Below the pieces are notes generated by a model. That model had not been told where the DNA came from. It ran no database searches and saw only the letters and a list, made by a program, of their open reading frames with translations. Shown here piece by piece: positions 13,362 through 21,977 of a DNA stretch of 64,000 bases. The position numbers and the translations under genes were made by a program. Source of the stretch: a virus; the IMG/VR virus record IMGVR_UViG_3300037461_000428, positions 1-64,000 of that record. One strand, 5' to 3'. Numbering within the stretch: the first letter of the stretch is position 1; every line of letters begins with the position of its first letter.

Positions 13362-13567
13362 TGGGAACTCGAGAAGTTAAATTAATATTCGATAAGAAGA
13401 CTGGCAAAGTAATAAAGGAAGTAAGTGGTTTTACAAGCACAGAGTGCGTATCAAAGACTAAGTTTATTGATGATGCTATCGGCATAGTTGAAAAAACAGA
13501 GTACAAAACTGAATATCATCTACCAAATCCACAAGGTCTAGATGCGGAAGCAAAAGTATATTTATGA
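13361..13567 (+). CDS. DUF2997-like small protein
   Basis: 68-aa ORF whose ATG overlaps the upstream stop. Paralog of 47907-48104 (G.TG..C...T..I....G). Confidence 0.6.
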   Translation: MGTREVKLIFDKKTGKVIKEVSGFTSTECVSKTKFIDDAIGIVEKTEYKTEYHLPNPQGLDAEAKVYL

Positions 13568-13618
13568 GAATTCCATTACCTAAACAACGTCCTAAAGTTC
13601 ACAAGGATAAGAATAAAT

Positions 13619-14035
13619 ATGACCGTAAAAAAGAAAGAGCAAAAAATAAGGTTAGAGTCAACAAAAATAACTCCGACTGATGGATCTAATAACTTTTTAG
13701 TTGAAGTTATTGTTTCTAAGATTTATGCTTTTCCTATTTTAAAAAGTGGAAGAACATTTGATGGAAGAACTCCAGAAGAATTAGTACAAGAGTTCTTTGT
13801 TGATTTTGATATCAACAGAACACACGCTTCCAGAGATAGTAATGAAGTTGGAAATGGCAAAAAGATTATAGCAATAAAATACAAACTTCCAAGAAAAAAA
13901 GAAAAAGATCATCCAATAGTTAAAACTAAAAGATGTGAACATTGGGATTGTGGTTGGTGTTACAAACCAGCATCAAAGTATGAAAACGGTTGTATTGGTT
14001 TAGATAAATGTAGCTATTTGAAAAAGAAAGTTTGA
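13619..14035 (+). CDS. hypothetical protein
   Basis: 138-aa ORF with a C-terminal Cys cluster (CEHWDCGWC...C...C). Confidence 0.55.
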   Translation: MTVKKKEQKIRLESTKITPTDGSNNFLVEVIVSKIYAFPILKSGRTFDGRTPEELVQEFFVDFDINRTHASRDSNEVGNGKKIIAIKYKLPRKKEKDHPIVKTKRCEHWDCGWCYKPASKYENGCIGLDKCSYLKKKV

Positions 14036-14045
14036 TATATTACTT

Positions 14046-14119
14046 CTCGGGTTAGCGAAGTCTAGTATCGCGCAACATTTGGGATGTTGAGATCGCAGGG
14101 GCAGAGCCTGCACCCGAGA
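14046..14119 (+). tRNA. tRNA-Pro(UGG)-like with non-canonical D- and T-loops
   Basis: Full cloverleaf: acceptor CTCGGGT/ACCCGAG, D stem GCGA/TCGC, anticodon stem CAACA/TGTTG with loop TTTGGGA, T stem GCAGG/CCTGC. The T-loop is GGCAGAG and the D-loop has no GG. Confidence 0.55.
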
Positions 14120-14138
14120 AATAGTATATTAAATCTTC

Positions 14139-14185
14139 ACGTGATATAGTGGATCACTTCTACGTTCGAGTCGTAAGTATCACGT
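14139..14185 (+). ncRNA. 47-nt tRNA-like minihelix
   Basis: ACGTGAT/ATCACGT acceptor-like stem, ATAGTGG segment, and T-arm ACTT(ct)ACG-TTCGAGT-CGTAAGT. Confidence 0.35.
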
Positions 14186-14329
14186 AAATTTACGCAAGGT
14201 TGCTATGTTTGATACTCTCTGTGATAGCATTTGGTTAGTATGATAACTAACTGGTTAGCCAGCACTATTACAATATCAACATAGCAACAGTTATATGCAA
14301 GGAACTATCTCTTAAGATTTGTGTCTGAG

Positions 14330-14342
14330 CACGGGTATAAAT
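14330..14342 (+). promoter_or_regulatory. shared CACGGGTATAAT-type motif (possible -10 region)
   Basis: CACGGGTATAAAT lies 31 nt before ATG 14373. A near-identical CACGGGTATAATT lies 20 nt before ATG 22920. Confidence 0.3.
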
Positions 14343-14372
14343 GTGTGACACTAGAATTGCATAGGACTATTT

Positions 14373-14654
14373 ATGAAGTTGCCGATTAATTATAACAAAA
14401 GTAATTCTACTTTACGCAGAGCTGTAAGAGAAGAGTATATAAGACTTCAAAAAGGAATATGTTCTCATTGTGGAATTCCTTTGAATGAAGACCCACCAGA
14501 AGAAATAACAAGATTAAAAGTTAATAAGAGTTTATTTCCTAAAGACTTTTTTAAATGGTCTGTTCATTTACACCACGATCATAACACTGGAATGACCATA
14601 GGAGCAATACATAATTATTGTAATGCTGTATTATGGCAGTATTACGGAGAATAA
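14373..14654 (+). CDS. endonuclease VII-like (HNH/Endo VII fold) nuclease
   Basis: CSHCG plus HLHHDHNTGMTIGAIHNYCN matches the DHDH.TG..RG..C..CN signature of the T4 endonuclease VII family. Confidence 0.7.
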   Translation: MKLPINYNKSNSTLRRAVREEYIRLQKGICSHCGIPLNEDPPEEITRLKVNKSLFPKDFFKWSVHLHHDHNTGMTIGAIHNYCNAVLWQYYGE

Positions 14655-14656
14655 AT

Positions 14657-14917
14657 ATGTATAAAGTTGCCATTAAAAAGAATGATACAGGAGAGGTTCA
14701 TCTCTGTGAGATGGATCTTAACTGGGAAGATCATAGTGAGTGGTGGTGGACCGAAGGAAATATGGGTTGTGATTGTAATAGAGAATTACAGTGGTTACGA
14801 GCAGCCAATGAAAACCCAAGTCTAGGCGATGTTAAATGTAGTGATAATAGATTTACTGTTTTATACGCGAAGCTACCAGACGGAACTAAGATAGAAATAG
14901 ATGATGAGGAGAAATAA
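14657..14917 (+). CDS. hypothetical protein
   Basis: ATG after ACGGAGAATAAAT. The track start 14633 overlaps the upstream gene. Confidence 0.6.
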   Translation: MYKVAIKKNDTGEVHLCEMDLNWEDHSEWWWTEGNMGCDCNRELQWLRAANENPSLGDVKCSDNRFTVLYAKLPDGTKIEIDDEEK

Positions 14918-14921
14918 TATT

Positions 14922-15320
14922 ATGATTAACTTTGAAGATTATAAAAAAGAAAATGGAGATATAGATTGGAAAGCTTATAAAGCAGCTCAGATTGCTGCTG
15001 GAGAAAGATGTCCTAAGTGTGATTCGCGGATGTCTACTCTGTTTAATAACAAAAAATATGAACATTTATGTAGTGAGTGCGAGTCGCTTGCTGAGAACGA
15101 AGAGCTATCTCATAGTAGTTATATAAGATGCCCTAAATGTAAAGAATCATGGGATCCTTCTGATCGAGAAGACTATGATTGTTATCAGGATGGAGAACAT
15201 TCTGTAACTTGTAGTAGTTGTAATCATGAGTTTGAAGTATCTACAAGTGTATCTTATCTATTTACCTCACCAGAACTTTTAGACCAAGGAGAAAAAAATG
15301 AAACACAAGAACAAAGTTAA
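14922..15320 (+). CDS. hypothetical zinc-ribbon-rich protein
   Basis: ATG after GAGGAGAAATAATATT. Several CxxC pairs (CPKC, CSEC, CPKC, CSSC). Confidence 0.6.
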   Translation: MINFEDYKKENGDIDWKAYKAAQIAAGERCPKCDSRMSTLFNNKKYEHLCSECESLAENEELSHSSYIRCPKCKESWDPSDREDYDCYQDGEHSVTCSSCNHEFEVSTSVSYLFTSPELLDQGEKNETQEQS

Positions 15321-15414
15321 GAAACTCCAAAGCAGAATTAAGGATTACGAACAAACTGTTGCAAAAACAGCTAACCCAAGAGCATTTCACAAACCAGGAT
15401 CATTCAATAAGTAA
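15298..15414 (+). CDS. small basic protein, 38 aa
   Basis: ATG after AGGAGAAAAAA. It overlaps the upstream gene's end by 23 nt. Below the track cutoff. Confidence 0.4.
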   Translation: MKHKNKVKKLQSRIKDYEQTVAKTANPRAFHKPGSFNK

Positions 15415-15445
15415 CTTATACTATTGTAGACCAAAGGAGGTCTAT

Positions 15446-16012
15446 ATGAATATAAGTTCACTTCAAGTTAAGAAAGCCTTAATTAAAAAAGGTTACATCT
15501 GGAATCCAGTAGTAAATATTGTTGGTATCAGAAATCTAGATGTAGGCAGCTCAGTAACAAATTTATTTGATGATACTATTACTTTAAGTTATATATTAAA
15601 TGATAAGCCTATCTTTAGAGATTGGCCATGCACTACAGATCCAGGTAAGAAAACTGTTCTACAATATCAAAATGTTAAGGGAGTAGCTCGCTTAGTAGAA
15701 GGTCAGTATATAAACTCCTATGCATTAGGTCTACACAAAGGTATCTACGAAGCACTTGTTCAAGTTAAACCTGTTAAAGTATGGAGAGATGCAAATAAAG
15801 ATCTAGTTTATGATGAAAATACTGCTGAAGAAGGTCTTTTTGGAATTAATATTCATCATGCTGGAATTAGTAGTATTTATGTTAACGACTGGTCGGCTGG
15901 CTGCCAAGTCTTTAAAAACCAAATAGATTTTAATCAATTCATATTAATTATAAAATCGCTTAAGATAAAAAAATTCACCTATACATTAATATCTTCAAAG
16001 GATATAATATGA
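15446..16012 (+). CDS. hypothetical protein, possible cell-wall-active enzyme
   Basis: ATG after AAAGGAGGTCTAT. GINIHHAG...VNDWSAGCQVF is reminiscent of the YkuD-type H...S.GC motif. This is only a weak inference. Confidence 0.6.
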   Translation: MNISSLQVKKALIKKGYIWNPVVNIVGIRNLDVGSSVTNLFDDTITLSYILNDKPIFRDWPCTTDPGKKTVLQYQNVKGVARLVEGQYINSYALGLHKGIYEALVQVKPVKVWRDANKDLVYDENTAEEGLFGINIHHAGISSIYVNDWSAGCQVFKNQIDFNQFILIIKSLKIKKFTYTLISSKDII

Positions 16013-16347
16013 AAGTCATTAAATGGATATCTTCAGAAGAAGCAGATAAACTAGAAACATCTATTGGTGGTCTAGGTGGATGGTTTAGCGAAGGACATCG
16101 TTGGGGAGACTATTTAGCAATTTTATCAAAAAATCAAATCCAATATGCAGAAGCATTAAGAGAAGATATTATTAAACGCCAAATAAAAGAGTCTGGTAGT
16201 TGGCACCAAAATAGCGATATAGGCACGCCAGTCTTTGAAGATAATACGATAGGTAGTTTCTCATTTAGAGCATGGGGAGACCTACTAGCAGCTATTTGGT
16301 CAACAGAAGAAAATAGAGATTCACATTACATGGAATTTTACTGCTAA
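16009..16347 (+). CDS. hypothetical protein
   Basis: 112-aa ORF whose ATG overlaps the upstream stop (ATGA). Confidence 0.6.
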   Translation: MKVIKWISSEEADKLETSIGGLGGWFSEGHRWGDYLAILSKNQIQYAEALREDIIKRQIKESGSWHQNSDIGTPVFEDNTIGSFSFRAWGDLLAAIWSTEENRDSHYMEFYC

Positions 16348-16357
16348 AGGAGATTTT

Positions 16358-16453
16358 ATGAAAAATGAGGATTTTCATAAACTTACCACAAAAGATGTAA
16401 AATTTATAATTGTTTTATGTATTATTATTTTTATTGTCTACAAATTATTCTAA
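16358..16453 (+). CDS. small hydrophobic peptide, 31 aa
   Basis: ATG after AAGGAGATTTT. Translation ...FIIVLCIIIFIVYKLF. Confidence 0.4.
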   Translation: MKNEDFHKLTTKDVKFIIVLCIIIFIVYKLF

Positions 16454-16492
16454 ATAAAAGTAATTCCTTTTAAAAAAAGACTATAACATTTT

Positions 16493-16654
16493 ATGTTTAA
16501 TAACAGTGTGATAACAAGAATATTAAACATAAATCGTGAATTTTTAAAAACAAAGATTGTTTATATTTGTAGAATATGTAAGAAAAGAATACCTACAACT
16601 TGGACTAAGAATTTTGAACTAGATGGTGAATTTGTGGCTAATGATTTAATGTAG
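16493..16654 (+). CDS. possible small protein, 53 aa
   Basis: Open frame with a CRIC motif. No clear RBS. Confidence 0.25.
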   Translation: MFNNSVITRILNINREFLKTKIVYICRICKKRIPTTWTKNFELDGEFVANDLM

Positions 16655-16747
16655 AGTAAAGTTTTGGATTGCTCAGTATGCAATCCCCAAGAAATAACAT
16701 GCAAAGAATGTTATAATAAAAGAATCTAAAAAATCTGGAATTAAAAA

Positions 16748-17527
16748 ATGAGAAATATAAAAATATCAGGACTATCAGTTGATCAAACTTACGAGATAAT
16801 TCCAGATAGAACTTTGCTTTTGGGGTACGTCGGAAGTATTTCTCATGGAACTCAGATAAAAAAAGATAATCCAGACTGCATTGATGATATCGATATACTT
16901 GGGATTGCGCTTGGACCAGAAAATGTCTATTATGGCTTAGGTAAGTTTGAACAAAAAGAAGTTAAGAAAGACGAATGGGACAGTGTAGTATATGAGATAA
17001 AAAAAGCCTTTAGACTCTTATTAGGACAAAATCCTAATGTAATGGCTTTACTCTGGTTGCAGGAAAAGGACTATATACATATCTCTCCTACAGGGAGAAT
17101 GATCTTGGATAATCGTAACTTGTTCGTTAGTAAGCAGGCCTATCATTCATTCACTGGATACGCTCACGGCCAAGTTCATAGAGCTTTACATTTCGGAGAT
17201 ATGAAACAAGCCTATATGGGGGCTAAGAGATATGAGCTTGTACAAAAATATGGTTATGACACAAAAAACATGAGCCACTGTATCCGTCTTATGAGGATGT
17301 GCATCGAATACCTAGGTGATGGGGTACTAAGAGTCTTCAGAGAAGATGCTTGCGAACTTAAGGATATTAAATCTGGTAAGTGGAGTCTTGAAAAAGTTCA
17401 AAAGGAAACAGATAGATTATTCGTATTAGCACAAGAGGCGTTTGTAAGATCTACGCTTCCTAATCAACCAGACAAACAAAAAGCAGAAGAGTTGTTAATC
17501 TCGATTCTCAAAAAGGAGTTATCATGA
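16748..17527 (+). CDS. Pol-beta-superfamily nucleotidyltransferase (RlaP-like)
   Basis: GYVGSISHGTQ........DDIDILGI fits the GS..hG...D.D..G pattern of the nucleotidyltransferase family found next to RNA-repair ligases. Confidence 0.55.
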   Translation: MRNIKISGLSVDQTYEIIPDRTLLLGYVGSISHGTQIKKDNPDCIDDIDILGIALGPENVYYGLGKFEQKEVKKDEWDSVVYEIKKAFRLLLGQNPNVMALLWLQEKDYIHISPTGRMILDNRNLFVSKQAYHSFTGYAHGQVHRALHFGDMKQAYMGAKRYELVQKYGYDTKNMSHCIRLMRMCIEYLGDGVLRVFREDACELKDIKSGKWSLEKVQKETDRLFVLAQEAFVRSTLPNQPDKQKAEELLISILKKELS

Positions 17528-17943
17528 AAGACACAGTATTTTTTCACGTTCGCAATTCGATATCTCTACCTCATACATATTGTATTAAAAAGGGTCCACA
17601 AGGAGATCTTTATGTTGGTTATTCAATTGTTCATGAGAAGGATCAGTTTTGTCGTAAAGTTGGTTGCCAGCTAGCTGAGAAGAAAGCTAATATTGCAATG
17701 GGAATTAAGGACGATAATTTTACCATATCTAAAGTAGTTACCCTAATGGATACCACAGGAAAAAAAGAACAGACTTTTACTATTTCATACCCTCCTTCTA
17801 TTGAAAATACTCTTCCGGTCGTTATTCAAAGGGCTGGAGAGATTATGAAGTTATCAGGAAAAGTATATGTTAAAACTATAGTGTCTCCTAACAAGAGGCG
17901 TATACCTTTCGCGAAGATATTTGATATTTTACCAGTAGAGTAA
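17524..17943 (+). CDS. hypothetical protein
   Basis: 139-aa ORF whose ATG overlaps the upstream stop. Confidence 0.6.
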   Translation: MKDTVFFHVRNSISLPHTYCIKKGPQGDLYVGYSIVHEKDQFCRKVGCQLAEKKANIAMGIKDDNFTISKVVTLMDTTGKKEQTFTISYPPSIENTLPVVIQRAGEIMKLSGKVYVKTIVSPNKRRIPFAKIFDILPVE

Positions 17944-17953
17944 AGGCATAATT

Positions 17954-18133
17954 ATGACCATATTAGCATCATTTTTAACAGTATTATATTTCAGTCAGAT
18001 TATAGTAAATTTAATTAGATTCTTACTAGAAGATTTTAAAACCAAGAAAGAACTTTTTCATTCTTTAATTCCATTTGTTTATATATTTAAATCATTTAAA
18101 ATAGCCAGAAAAATTTATATGGAGTTAGAATAA
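17954..18133 (+). CDS. small membrane protein, 59 aa
   Basis: Open frame with a hydrophobic N-terminus. Just below the track cutoff. Confidence 0.4.
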   Translation: MTILASFLTVLYFSQIIVNLIRFLLEDFKTKKELFHSLIPFVYIFKSFKIARKIYMELE

Positions 18134-18153
18134 TATAATATCAGAACAATGGG

Positions 18154-18804
18154 ATGGTGATAATGCGTAAGATTCAATGTGTTGGGGACATACATGGTGA
18201 CTTTTATCGTCTAAAAGAAATTATTAAAGAGCATAAAGGAACCACTATTGTATTAGGTGACGTTGGCATAGGATTTATTCATAAATATCATAACCCTACT
18301 TTTATATTTGATCCTACCCAGCCTTTAATGTTAGAAAAGATAACTAACTTTCAATGTAATAGAGAACAGATGCTGTTCCTAAGGGGTAACCATGACAACG
18401 TAGAGATGTGCAGGGCGCACCATAACTATCTAGGAGAATATGGAGTATACAGAGGTATATTTTATGTAAGTGGAGCATTTAGTGTTGATAGGGCTTTTCG
18501 CACTGAAGGAATAGATTGGTGGTCAGAAGAAGAACTATCAATGGAACAGTGCTATAAAGCACTAGAAATGTATAAGACTACTAAGCCAAAAATAGTAATA
18601 TCTCATGACTGCCCTACTAATATTTTATCTTTAATATATAGTCAAATTATACCAACACGAACTGGTCAATTATTGCAGGCTATGTTCGAAGAGCATCAAC
18701 CAGAAAAATGGTATTTTGCTCATCATCATAAAGGATGGCAAGGTGAACTGAAAGGAACTACTTTTAGATGTTTAGACTGTTACGAAATAGCATTGGTTTC
18801 TTAA
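18154..18804 (+). CDS. calcineurin-like metallophosphoesterase
   Basis: Contains GDIHGD, LGDVGIG and RGNHDN. ATG 18163 is an alternative start. Confidence 0.75.
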   Translation: MVIMRKIQCVGDIHGDFYRLKEIIKEHKGTTIVLGDVGIGFIHKYHNPTFIFDPTQPLMLEKITNFQCNREQMLFLRGNHDNVEMCRAHHNYLGEYGVYRGIFYVSGAFSVDRAFRTEGIDWWSEEELSMEQCYKALEMYKTTKPKIVISHDCPTNILSLIYSQIIPTRTGQLLQAMFEEHQPEKWYFAHHHKGWQGELKGTTFRCLDCYEIALVS

Positions 18805-18899
18805 TACTTTTATTTTTTATATATTGCGCTAGTACTAATAATTATAATACAAACTTCGATGAAGTATTTAATACCTATAGTATAGATCAGGAGTTTAAT

Positions 18900-19394
18900 A
18901 TGAAAACAATAGTTAAAATAGACGGTATAAATGCTCAAGAAGAAATTCATTTAAAATATACCATATTAACAGATAGTTGCAGTTCTGAATTTCGAAAAAA
19001 AATTCGAAGTGAAGTTGATGGTGATCTGGAATATGATGATTTATTAAGACTAAATTTTTATGATGAATATGATTATGAAAATGATAACGATGATGAAGAA
19101 GAAGCAAAACGTAAAGAGTTCTATCGTAATGTAGAAAATAAAATTGCAAAGTACCTACAAAGAATAAGCATGAATACATTTCTAGAATATTATTTGAAGT
19201 CTGGAAATATTGAAAGCATATTTGAAATCATTGATGAAGATTCTATGCATAATGCTAAAATAAATATAGAATTTGAAAAAGAAGAAAGAAAGATAGATGA
19301 AGACAAAGACGACGATCAAAATCGATATAATTCAGAAGACTCAACTTCAAATAACTTCTTAGTATTCAAACCAGAATTATTTATTAAAAAATAA
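18900..19394 (+). CDS. acidic hypothetical protein
   Basis: ATG after CAGGAGTTTAAT. D/E-rich. The track start 18768 overlaps the upstream gene. Confidence 0.55.
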   Translation: MKTIVKIDGINAQEEIHLKYTILTDSCSSEFRKKIRSEVDGDLEYDDLLRLNFYDEYDYENDNDDEEEAKRKEFYRNVENKIAKYLQRISMNTFLEYYLKSGNIESIFEIIDEDSMHNAKINIEFEKEERKIDEDKDDDQNRYNSEDSTSNNFLVFKPELFIKK

Positions 19395-19408
19395 GGACGG
19401 ACTAAAAA

Positions 19409-19819
19409 ATGAAAATAAAAAATATATCTCCTATGACTAAAGATCAAGAAATAGTTTTAATTAATATTATTTTATCTAACCTTCTACGAGGAGAATTAAA
19501 CTACTTTTTAAAATCAAATAATATTAAAAATAGAACCAAGATATATAAAGATTATGGTTATATATATGCTTCAAATATTGAGGAAACACAAGCAACCAAA
19601 ACAAGAAGATTAAAGCATGCGGAGTTTATATTAGAATCAAAAAATGTCTACGACATTCTAGAATATTATTTCGAATATCATCGAGTTGAACGTTTAGAAT
19701 GGTTAATAAAAAATATTGGATTTGAACTTAATATATCGTTAGATCTTTCCAATACAAAAAAAGAAAATATAATTCAAGAAGAAAAAAATATTGAAGAGTT
19801 TTTAATTATAAAGGAGTAA
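19409..19819 (+). CDS. hypothetical protein
   Basis: 136-aa ORF in the track. Confidence 0.6.
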   Translation: MKIKNISPMTKDQEIVLINIILSNLLRGELNYFLKSNNIKNRTKIYKDYGYIYASNIEETQATKTRRLKHAEFILESKNVYDILEYYFEYHRVERLEWLIKNIGFELNISLDLSNTKKENIIQEEKNIEEFLIIKE

Positions 19820-19821
19820 TT

Positions 19822-20373
19822 ATGACGCGCAACTTTTTACGAAAAGAATTCGCATATATGTTCGATAATGAAAAAACACCAGTATCAACTTATGGAATCG
19901 AATCCTCAGATGGCTGGAATAATTTACTTTATAACTTGTTATGCATTATATCAATAATAGATGAAGAGAAAAAAATAAGAATAGAACAAGTTAAGTCCAA
20001 GTTTGGCACATTAAGATTTTATTTTAGATGGATTGGTCCCAAAAGAAAAACAATACACGACAGATACATAGATCTGATAAATCTTATACCATATCCGCTT
20101 GGAGGTTTGATAAGAAAATTATTAAAGTATCCTTGTAAAAAATGGGATCCTAATCACGAAAGAATTCGAGATATAGTAAATTTATTTGAAGCAATCACAG
20201 ATCGCATATGTGAAGAGTGTGGAGAACCAGCAGAAGAAAGAAATAATGGACATTGGATATATACTTTATGTGAAAAGTGTTGGATGGAGCAACAAGCATT
20301 AAGAGCAACAGAAGAACAAATACAAAATGAAAATCTTTTAGTAAGCGGACACCTACAGCCTCAGGATTTATAA
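19822..20373 (+). CDS. hypothetical protein with C-terminal zinc ribbon
   Basis: 183-aa ORF, ATG after AAGGAGTAATT. CEECG...CEKC pairs. Confidence 0.65.
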   Translation: MTRNFLRKEFAYMFDNEKTPVSTYGIESSDGWNNLLYNLLCIISIIDEEKKIRIEQVKSKFGTLRFYFRWIGPKRKTIHDRYIDLINLIPYPLGGLIRKLLKYPCKKWDPNHERIRDIVNLFEAITDRICEECGEPAEERNNGHWIYTLCEKCWMEQQALRATEEQIQNENLLVSGHLQPQDL

Positions 20374-20480
20374 TGAAATTAGTAATAGAAAATAAAACAA
20401 TTCCAGGAGATTTTATTGGACGACTGACATTTAGTACACACAAGTTCTTTATCTTTAATAAGATAACGTTTCATAATATC

Positions 20481-20562
20481 TCCCAGTACGACTAACGGAT
20501 CAAGTCAACGCTCTTCTAAAGCGTCGCCAAAAGCTTGAAGGTTCGAATCCTTCCTGGGAGAA
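20481..20562 (+). tRNA. tRNA-Arg(UCU) with an unusually long variable region
   Basis: Acceptor CTCCCAG/CTGGGAG. Anticodon stem ACGCT/AGCGT with loop CTTCTAA. T-arm GAAGG-TTCGAAT-CCTTC. 12-nt variable segment CGCCAAAAGCTT. Confidence 0.6.
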
Positions 20563-20665
20563 TATTTCTCCCTATACTTAATAGTATAGGACTCAAACAT
20601 ATATTTAGTAATTTATTTTTACTAAAAGGTTGAAATCCTTTCAAGGTTATTAATTAAGGAAAAAA

Positions 20666-20845
20666 TGAAAAGACTAGTAGTATTTCATAATGGTAAAACA
20701 AAATATAGTGGTAAATTCTATGTAGATCAAAACAATATTCTTTGGATAGATGGTGATCCTGATGGAGTAGATATGAGTGGAAAAAGAATTATATACCATG
20801 CTCCTAAAGAATATACTTATTTGTGGGAGTGTGAAGACGAATAAT
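20666..20845 (+). CDS. small hypothetical protein, 59 aa
   Basis: ATG after TAAGGAAAAA. Just below the track cutoff. Confidence 0.5.
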
Positions 20846-20994
20846 TAAAATTTCTCAATAGACTAAGTAGTTATCAAATAAGCACTTAATGTGGGCGATG
20901 AGATAACGAAAAGCTATTGGGGTTTTTATTCATCTTTACTTTTTATGGTAGACTTATACTATTTCGGAACAGTTATATTCCGAAGGAGTAAAAT

Positions 20995-21204
20995 ATGTTA
21001 ACAAATAATGAAATAAGCGGATTTTTAGAAGAAGAAATTCATCAAATGGAAATTCATAAATGGATTGAATCAGAGAAAGCTTGTATGGATCTTGGAGAAG
21101 CTGCTCTTCATGATTGGATAATTAAATACGCAGTAAATTTTAGAAAAGAATGGAATGAAAAACATGGAAAGCGTAGTACAAGTTGTTCGGGGATCGCAGC
21201 TTAA
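20995..21204 (+). CDS. hypothetical protein
   Basis: 69-aa ORF, ATG after GAAGGAGTAAAAT. Confidence 0.6.
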   Translation: MLTNNEISGFLEEEIHQMEIHKWIESEKACMDLGEAALHDWIIKYAVNFRKEWNEKHGKRSTSCSGIAA

Positions 21205-21427
21205 TATAGATACTCATTTTTGCATTTTTTGTGGATCGCCAGCTACGTCAATTTTCTCCATTACTCAAGAAAAGAAATATGATGGAATTCTATTAAAATG
21301 CTTTCCAATATGTAAAGAACATCAAGATAGAATAAATGCACTTCTATCGGGAGAATTCGACATAGATGAAATATTTCTAGATAAATACCGAACTAAACAT
21401 GCAAAAAAGGTACAATTAAGACAATGA
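21155..21427 (+). CDS. hypothetical protein (Cys-containing)
   Basis: 90-aa ORF that overlaps the upstream gene by 50 nt. The start is uncertain. Confidence 0.5.
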   Translation: MKNMESVVQVVRGSQLNIDTHFCIFCGSPATSIFSITQEKKYDGILLKCFPICKEHQDRINALLSGEFDIDEIFLDKYRTKHAKKVQLRQ

Positions 21428-21810
21428 ATCTAGCAAAGACTAAAAATAAGAGAACTTTAAAACAATGTGCATTTTTAGGTTGTACTAATAAGTTTATTGG
21501 AATAGCAAACAAAGACTATTGTGACGATGAAAGATGCAAAGAATTAAGAAATGCGTATTTTAAAACAATTAAAAGAACAAGGTTTAAAGATCCCGATGCA
21601 GTTAATCTTTTAATTGGACCAAAGCATAAGAGAAAGCTTAAGACAGGACAATCTTTAACTTTAAGATGTCGTGCTCGTAACTCTTTGAATATACGATGCT
21701 CAAATAAATTTTTAATAACATTCGACAGACAGCAAGGAGTTTATCCTTGTTTCTGCGAGGACCATCGCTCTGCTTTTAGAAGACAGAGATATAGCACACA
21801 GAAAGGATAG
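21424..21810 (+). CDS. hypothetical basic Cys-rich protein
   Basis: 128-aa ORF whose ATG overlaps the upstream stop. Confidence 0.6.
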   Translation: MNLAKTKNKRTLKQCAFLGCTNKFIGIANKDYCDDERCKELRNAYFKTIKRTRFKDPDAVNLLIGPKHKRKLKTGQSLTLRCRARNSLNIRCSNKFLITFDRQQGVYPCFCEDHRSAFRRQRYSTQKG

Positions 21811-21812
21811 TT

Positions 21813-21953
21813 ATGCCGAAAGTATCGGTATCAGAATTGGAAGAACTTACCAACGAAGATGATATTCCACAAGTAATTCTTAAACGAAGACTAAGAAAAG
21901 AAAAAAAAGAAAATAGATTGAAACCCACTATGGGACGAATTGAAGAAGAGTAA
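21813..21953 (+). CDS. small charged protein, 46 aa
   Basis: ATG after AAAGGATAGTT. Below the track cutoff. Confidence 0.4.
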   Translation: MPKVSVSELEELTNEDDIPQVILKRRLRKEKKENRLKPTMGRIEEE

Positions 21954-21977
21954 CCCTACCTTAGCAGGAAAAATTTT

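Noticed and set aside
13564-13677. A 37-aa basic ORF (MRIPLPKQRPK...) coupled to the DUF2997 stop.
   Set aside because: It overlaps 13619-14035 out of frame and is low-complexity. It cannot be supported from sequence alone.
20373-20495. A 40-aa ORF following 19822-20373.
   Set aside because: It runs into the 5' end of the tRNA at 20481 and has no RBS.
20563-20650. A second tRNA directly after the UCU tRNA.
   Set aside because: It has a T-arm-like hairpin and an anticodon-like hairpin, but no acceptor stem can be formed. It is treated as debris.
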